Origin: the human T2T-CHM13v2.0 reference genome, Homo sapiens
DNA length: 64,000 bases
Direction: 5' to 3' (one strand)
Assembly (NCBI RefSeq): GCF_009914755.1
Contig: NC_060925.1
A model generated the notes under the pieces. It was given only the letters and a program-made list of their open reading frames with translations, was not told the DNA's origin and made no database searches. The position numbers and the translations under genes are program-made. The number at the start of each line of letters is the position of its first letter. Positions within the stretch are counted from its first letter, which is position 1. Shown here in pieces: positions 55,901-64,000 of the stretch.

Positions 55901-58300
55901 CATCTAATGGAATGGAATGGAATAATCCATGGACTCGAATGCAATCATCATCGAATGGAATCAAATGGAATCATCGAATGGACTCGAATGGAATAATCAT
56001 TGAACGGAATCGAATGGAATCATCATCGGATGGAAACGAATGGAATCATCATCGAATGGAAATGAAAGGAGTCATCATCTAATGGAATTGCATGGAATCA
56101 TCATCAAATGGAATCGAATGGAATCAACATCAAATGGAATCAAATGGAATCATTGAACGGAATTGAATGGAATCGTCATCGAATGAATTGAATGCAATCA
56201 TCGAATGGTCTCGAATGGAATCATCTTCAAATGGAATGGAATGGAATCATCGCATAGAATCGAATGGAATTATCATCGAATGGAATCGAATGGAATCAAC
56301 ATCAAACGGAAAAAAACGGAATTATCGAATGGAATCGAAGAGAATCATCGAATGGACCCGAATGGAATCATCTAATGGAATGGAATGGAATAATACATGG
56401 ACTCGAATGCAATCATCATCGAATGGAATCGAATGGAATCATCGAATGGACTCGAATGGAATAATCATGGAACGGAATCGAATGGAATCATCATCGGATG
56501 GAAATGAATGGAATCATCATCGAATGGAATCGAATAGAATTATGGAATGAAATCCAGTGTGATCATGATCGAATGGACCCGAATGGAATCATCATCCAAC
56601 GGAAGCTAATGGAATCAACATCGAATGAATCGAATGGAAACACCATCGAATTGAAACGAATGGAATTATCATGAAATTGAAATGGATGGACTCATCATCG
56701 AATGGATTCGAAAGGAATCATCGAATAAAATTGATTGAAATCATCATCGAATGGTATCGAATGGTATCATTGAATGGAATCGAATGGAATCATCATCAGA
56801 TGGAAATGAATGGAATCGTCATAGAATGGAATCGAATGGATTCATTGAATGGAATCAGATGGAATCATCGAATGGACTGGAATGGAATCATTGAATGGAC
56901 TCGAAATGGATCATTATTGAATGGAATTGAATGGAATCATTGAATGGTCTCGATTGGAATCATTATCAAATGGAATCGAATGGAATCACCGAATAGAATC
57001 GAATGGAACAATAATCGAATGGACTCAAATGGAATTATCCTCAAATGGAATCGAATGGAATTATCGAATGCAATCGAATGGAATTATCGAATGCAATCGA
57101 ATAGAATCATCGAATGGACTCGAATGGAATCATCGAATGGAATGGAATGGAACAGTCAATGAACCCGAATGGAATCATCATTGAATGGAATCGAATGGAA
57201 TCATCGAGTGGAATCGAATGGAATTATGATCAAATGGAATCGAATGTAATCATCATCAAATGGAATCAAAAATAACCATCATCAATTGGTATTGAATGCA
57301 ATTGTCATCAAATGGAATTTAAAGGAATCATCATCAAATGGAACTGAATGGAATCCTCATTGAATGGAAATGAAAGGGGTCATCATCTAATGGAATCGCA
57401 TGGAATCATCATCAAATGGAATCGAATGGAATCATCATCAAATGGAAACTGATGGAATCATTGAACAGAATTGAATGGAATCGTCATCGAATGAATTGAA
57501 TGCAATCATCGAATGGTCTCGAATGTAATCACATTCTAATGGAAAGGAATGGAATCATCGCATAGAATCGAATGGAATTAACATTGAATGGACTCGAATG
57601 GAATCAACATCAAACGGAATCAAGCGGAATTATCGAATGGAATCGAAGAGAATCATCGAATGGTCTCGAATGGAATCATCTTCTAATGGAAAGGAATGGA
57701 ATCATCGCATAGAATCGAATGGAATTAACATTGAATGGACTCGAATGGAATCAACATCAAATGGAATCAAGCGGAATTATCGAATGAAATCGAAGAGAAT
57801 CATCGAATGGACTCGAATGGAATCATCTAATGGAATGGAATGGAATAATCCACGGACTCGAATGCAATCATCATCGTTTAGAATCGAATGGAATCATCGA
57901 AAGGACTCGAATGGAATAACCATTGAACGGAATCGAATGGAATCATCATCGGATGGAAACGAATGGAATCATCATCGAATGGAAATGAAAGGAGTCATCA
58001 TCTAATGGAATTGCATGGAATCATCATCAAATGGAATCGAATGGAATCATCATCAAATGGAATCAAATGGAATCATTGAACGGAATTGAATGGAATTGTC
58101 ATCGAATGAATTGACTGCAATCATCCAATGGTCTCGAATGGAATCATCTTCAAATGGAATGGAATGGAATCATCGCATAGAATCGAATGGAATTATCATC
58201 GAATGGAATCGAATGGTATCAACATCAAACGGAAAAAAACGGAATTATCGAATGGAATCGAAGAGAATCTTCGAACGGACCCGAATGGAATCATCTAATG
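52960..58300 (+). repeat. Partial tandem duplication with a 3711-bp period
   Basis: Private variants TGGTATCGAATGGTATC, GAACTGAATGG, GTAATCACATTCTAA and CATCGTTTAG, plus the 147-bp duplication, recur at +3711 (52960/56671, 53887/57598). Confidence 0.82.
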
Positions 58301-61300
58301 GAATGGAATGGAATAATCCATGGACTCGAATGCAATCATCATCGAATGGAATCGAATGGAATCATTGAATGGACTCGAATGGAATAATCATTGAACGGAA
58401 TCGAATGGAATCATCATCGGATGGAAATGAATGGAATCATCATCGAATGGAATCGAATAGAATTATGGAATGAAATCCAGTGTGATCATCATCGAATGGA
58501 CCCGAATGGAATCATCATCCAACGGAAGCTAATGGAATCAACATCGAATGAATCGAAAGGAAACACCATCGAATTGAAACGAATGAAATTATCATGAAAT
58601 TGAAATGGATGGACTCATCATCGAATGGATTCGAATGGAATCATCGAATAAAATTGATTGAAATCATCATCGAATGGAATCGAATGGTATCATTGAATGG
58701 AATCGAATGGAATCATCATCAGAAGGAAATGAATGGAATCGTCATAGAATGGAATCGAATGGATTCATTGAATGGAATCAGATGGAATCATCGAATGGAC
58801 TCGAATGGAATAATCATTGAACGGAATCGAATGGAATCATCATCGGATGGAAACGAATGGAATCATCATCGAATGGAAATGAAAGGAGTCATCATCTAAT
58901 GGAATTGCATGGAATCATCATAAAATGGAATCGAATGGAATCAACATCAAATGGAATCAAATGGAATCATTGAACGGAATTGAATGGAATCGTCATCGAA
59001 TGAATTGAATGCAATCATCGAATGGTCTCGAATGGAATCATCTTCAAATGGAATGGAATGGAATCATCGCATAGAATCGAATGGAATTATCATCGAATGG
59101 AATCGAATGGTATCAACATCAAACGGAAAATAACGGAATTATCGAATGGAATCGAAGAGAATCATCGAACGGACCCGAATGGAATCATCTAATGGAATGG
59201 AATGGAATAATCCACGGACTCGAATGCAATCATCGTCGAATGGAATCGAATAGAATCATCGAATGGACTCGAATGGAATAATCATTGAACGGAATCGAAT
59301 GGAATCATCATCGGATGGAAACGAATGGAATCATCATCGAATGGAATCGAATAGAATTATGGAATGAAATCCAGTGTGATCATCATCGAATGGACCCGAA
59401 TGGAATCATCATCCAACGGAAGCTAATGGAATCAACATCGAATGAATCAAATGGAAACACCATCGAATTGAAACGAATGGAATTACCATGAAATTGAAAT
59501 GGATGGACTCATCATCAAATGGATTCGAATGGAATCATCGAATAAAATTGATTGAAATCATCATCGAATGGAATCGAATGGTATCATTGAATGGAATCGA
59601 ATGGAATCATCATCAGATGGAAATGAATGGAATCGTCATAGAATGGAATCGAATGGATTCATTGAATGGAATCAGATGGAATCATTGAATGGACTGGAAT
59701 GGAATCATTGAATGGACTCGAAAGGGATCATTATTGAATGGAATTGAATGGAATCATCGAATGGTCTCGATTGGAATCATTATCAAATGGAATCGAATGG
59801 AATCACCGAATAGAATCGAATGGAACAATCATCGAATGGACTCAAATGGAATTATCCTCCAATGGAATGGAATGGAATTATCGAATGCAATCGAATGGAA
59901 TTATCGAATGCAATCGAATAGAATCATCGAATGGACTCGAATGGAATCATCGAATGGAATGGAATGGAACAGTCAATGAACTCGAATGGAATCATCATCG
60001 AATGGAATCGAATGGAATCATCGAGTGGAATCGAATGGAATTATGATCAAATGGAATCGAATGTAATCATCATCAAATGGAATCAAAAATAACCATCATC
60101 AATTGGTATTGAATGGAATTGTCATCAAATGGAATTCAAAGGAATCATCATCAAATGGAACCGAATGGAATCCTCATTGAATGGAAATGAAAGGGGTCAT
60201 CATCTAATGGAATCGCATGGAATCATCATCAAATGGAATCGAATGGAATCATCATCAAATGGAATCAAATGGAATCATTGAACGGAATTGAATGGAATTG
60301 TCATCGAATGAATTGACTGCAATCATCCAATGGTCTCGAATGGAATCATCTTCAAATGGAATGGAATGGAATCATCGCATAGAATCGAATGGAATTATCA
60401 TCGAATGGAATCGAATGGTATCAACATCAAACGGAAAAAAACGGAATTATCGAATGGAATCGAAGAGAATCTTCGAACGGACCCGAATGGAATCATCTAA
60501 TGGAATGGAATGGAATAATCCATGGACTCGAATGCAATCATCATCGAATGGAATCGAATGGAATCATTGAATGGACTCGAATGGAATAATCATTGAACGG
60601 AATCGAATGGAATCATCATCGGATGGAAATGAATGGAATCATCATCGAATGGAATCGAACAGAATTATGTAATGAAATCCAGTGTGATCATCATCGAATG
60701 GACCCGAATGGAATCATCATCCAACGGAAGCTAATGGAATCAACATCGAATGAATCGAAAGGAAACACCATCGAATTGAAACGAATGGAATTATCATGAA
60801 ATTGAAATGGATGGACTCATCATCGAATGGATTCGAATGGAATCATCGAATAAAATTGATTGAAATCATCATCGAATGGAATCGAATGGTATCATTGAAT
60901 GGAATCGAATGGAATCATCATCAGATGGAAATGAATGGAATCGTCATTGAATGGAATCGAATGGATTCATTGAATGGAATCAGATGGAATCATCGAATGG
61001 ACTCGAATGGAATAATCATTGAACGGAATCGAATGGAATCATCATCGGATGGAAACGAATGGAATCATCATCGAATGGAAATGAAAGGAGTCATCATCTA
61101 ATGGAATTGCATGGAATCATCATAAAATGGAATCAAATGGAATCAACATCAAATGGAATCAAATGGAATCATTGAACGGAATTGAATGGAATCGTCATCG
61201 AATGAATTGAATGCAATCATCGAATGGTCTCGAATGGAATCATCTTCAAATGGAATGGAATGGAATCATCGCATAGAATCGAATGGAATTATCATCGAAT

Positions 61301-61720
61301 GGAATCGAATGGTATCAACATCAAACGGAAAATAACGGAATTATCGAATGGAATCGAAGAGAATCATCGAACGGACCCGAATGGAATCATCTAATGGAAT
61401 GGAATGGAATAATCCACGGACTCGAATGCAATCATCGTCGAATGGAATCGAATAGAATCATCGAATGGACTCGAATGGAATAATCATTGAACGGAATCGA
61501 ATGGAATCATCATCGGATGGAAACGAATGGAATCATCATCGAATGGAATCGAATAGAATTATGGAATGAAATCCAGTGTGATCATCATCGAATGGACCCG
61601 AATGGAATCATCATCCAACGGAAGCTAATGGAATCAACATCGAATGAATCAAATGGAAACACCATCGAATTGAAACGAATGGAATTACCATGAAATTGAA
61701 ATGGATGGACTCATCATCAA
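58090..61720 (+). repeat. Tandem duplication with a 2202-bp period (894-bp truncated unit + 1308-bp unit)
   Basis: Variant ORFs pair at 58090/60292, 58594/60796 and 59081/61283. Both copies carry AAACGGAAAATAACGG and GAATCGAAAGGAAACACC. Confidence 0.88.
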
Positions 61721-64000
61721 ATGGATTCGAGTGGAATCATCGAATAAAATTGATTGAAATCATCATCGAATGGAATCGAATGGTATCATTGAATGGAATC
61801 GAATGGAATCATCATCAGATGGAAATGAAAGGAATCGTCATAGAATGGAATCGAATGGATTCATTGAATGGAATCAGATGGAATCATTGAATGAACTGGA
61901 ATGGAATCATTGAATGGACTCGAAAGGGATCATGATTGAATGGAATTGAATGGAATCATCGAATGGTCTCGATTGGAATCATTATCAAATGGAATCGAAT
62001 GGAATCACCGAATAGAATCGAATGGAACAATCATCGAATGGACTCAAATGGAATTATCCTCAAATGGAATCGAATGGAATTATCGAATGCAATCGAATGG
62101 AATTATCGAATGCAATCGAATAGAATCATCGAATGGACTCGAATGGAATCATCGAATGGAATGGAATGGAACAGTCAATGAACTCGAATGGAATCATCAT
62201 TGAATGGAATCGAATGGAATCATCGAGTGGAATCGAATGGAATTATGATCAAATGGAATCGAATGTAATCATCATCAAATGGAATCAAAAATAACCATCA
62301 TCAATTGGTATTGAATGGAATTCTCATCAAATGGAATTCAAAGGAATCATCATCAAATGTAACCGAATGGAATCCTCATTGAATGGAAATGAAAGGGGTC
62401 ATCATCTAATGGAATCGCATGGAATCATCATCAAATGGAATCGAATGGAATCAACATCAAATGGAATCAAATGGAATCATTGAACGGAATTGAATGGAAT
62501 CGTCATCGAATGAATTGAATGCAATCATCGAATGGTTTGAATGGAATGATCTTCAAATGGAATGGAATGGAATCATCGCATAGAATCGAATGGAATTATC
62601 ATCGAATGGAATCGAATGGAATCAACATCAAACGGAAAAAAACGGAATTATCGAATGGAATCGAAGAGAATCATTGAATGGACCCGAATGGAATCATCTA
62701 ATGGAATGGAATGGAATAATCCATGGACTCGAATGCAATCATCATCGAATGGAATCGAATGGAATCATCGAATGGACTCGAATGGAATAATCATTGAACG
62801 GAATCGAATGGAATCATCATCGGATGGAAACGAATGGAATCATCATCGAATGGAATCGAATAGATTTATGGAATGAAATCCAGTGTGATCATCATCGAAT
62901 GGACCCGAATGGAATCATCATCCAACGGAAGCTAATGGAATCAACATCGAATGAATCAAATGGAAACACCATCGAATTGAAACGAATGGAATTACCATGA
63001 AATTGAAATGGATGGACTCATCATCAAATGGATTCGAATGGAATCATCGAATAAAATTGATTGAAATCATCATCGAATGGAATCGAATGGTATCATTGAA
63101 TGGAATCGAATGGAATCATCATCAGATGGAAATGAATGGAATCGTCATAGAATGGAATCGAATGGATTCATTGAATGGAATCAGATGGAATCATTGAATG
63201 GACTGGAATGGAATCATTGAATGGACTCGAAAGGGATCATCATTGAATGGAATTGAATGGAATCATCGAATGGTCTCGATTGGAATCATTATCAAATGGA
63301 ATCGAATGGAATCACCGAATAGAATCGAATGGAACAATCATCGAATGGACTCAAATGGAATTATCCTCAAATGGAATCGAATGGAATTATCGAATGCAAT
63401 CGAATGGAATTATCGAATGCAATCGAATAGAATCATCGAATGGACTCGAATGGAATCATCGAATGGAATGGAATGGAACAGTCAATGAACTCGAATGGAA
63501 TCATCATTGAATGGAATCGAATGGAATCATCGAGTGGAATCGAATGGAATTATGATCAAATGGAATCGAATGTAATCATCATCAAATGGAATCAAAAATA
63601 ACCATCATCAATTGGTATTGAATGGAATTGTCATCAAATGGAATTCAAAGGAATCATCATCAAATGGAACCGAATGGAATCCTCATTGAATGGAAATGAA
63701 AGGAGTCATCATCTAATGGAATCGCATGGAATCATCATCAAATGGAATCGAATGGAATCATCATCAAATGGAATCTAATGGAATCATTGAACAGAATTGA
63801 ATGGAATCGTCATGGAATGAATTGAATGCAATCATCGAATGGTCTCGAATGGAATCATCTTCTAATGGAAAGGAATGGAATCATCGCATAGAATCGAATG
63901 GAATTATCATCGAATGGAATCGAATGGTATCAACACCAAACGGAAAAAAACGGAATTATCGAATGGAATCGAAGAGAATCTTCGAACGGACCCGAATGGA

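Larger units (their letters stand above)
1..64000 (+). repeat. Satellite II (HSat2/HSATII) pericentromeric tandem array, ~1.8-kb-unit type, probably human 1q12
   Basis: Continuous diverged GGAAT repeats with the HSat2-type ATCATCGAATGGAATCGAATGG motif (reverse complement CCATTCGATTCCATTCGATGAT) and dense TCGA sites. Orientation is the same throughout, and 1776 bp is the most common landmark spacing. The family call is firm; the chromosome call is inferred from unit length. Confidence 0.97.

Noticed and set aside
8-63510. Many 60-163 aa ORFs on the + strand (MESSSNELNAII..., MKLKWMDSS..., MELSSNGIEW...)
   Set aside because: They are low-complexity translations of GGAAT-derived repeats, overlap in several frames, and are freely broken by stops and frameshifts between copies. 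No recognisable domain is present.
1-64000. CRISPR-like repeat/spacer array or prokaryotic repeat system
   Set aside because: There are no unique spacers, leader or cas-like genes. All intervening sequence derives from the same satellite motif.
1-64000. Embedded Alu/L1/LTR insertion, unique island or strand inversion
   Set aside because: I saw no non-satellite segment, poly(A) tail or switch to CATTC orientation while reading the window.
1-64000. Satellite III, alpha satellite or telomeric repeat
   Set aside because: Perfect GGAAT runs are only about 3-4 copies long and the ATCATCGAATGG motif typical of HSat2 dominates. There is no 171-bp monomer and no TTAGGG array.

Overview
The whole 64 kb window is one uninterrupted, single-orientation array of human-type pericentromeric Satellite II (HSat2/HSATII), shown on the GGAAT strand. 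It is built from diverged GGAAT / ATCGAATGGA / ATCATCGAATGGA motifs grouped into 23- and 26-bp subunits. The basic higher-order unit is 1776 bp with one EcoRI site, matching the classical 1.77-kb satellite II unit best known from 1q12; the chromosome assignment is inferred. I found no genes, RNA genes, transposons, CRISPR arrays or unique sequence, and the listed ORFs are translations of the satellite. I see no evidence of a new gene-encoded system. The real information is in the array architecture. There are 35 copies of a unique core, and unit lengths follow 1308 + n x 468 bp adjusted by indels of 1-3, 10, 13, 23, 26, 49, 147 or 172 bp. On top of this lie a local 4612-bp higher-order repeat, several multi-kb duplications (offsets 12060, 9291/9314, 7564, 6157/4859, 3711, 3058/3084 and 2202 bp), a length-neutral 26-bp swap and two junctions carrying clusters of substitutions. 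Distances come from repeated landmarks read by eye and from the ORF track, so block boundaries are approximate.
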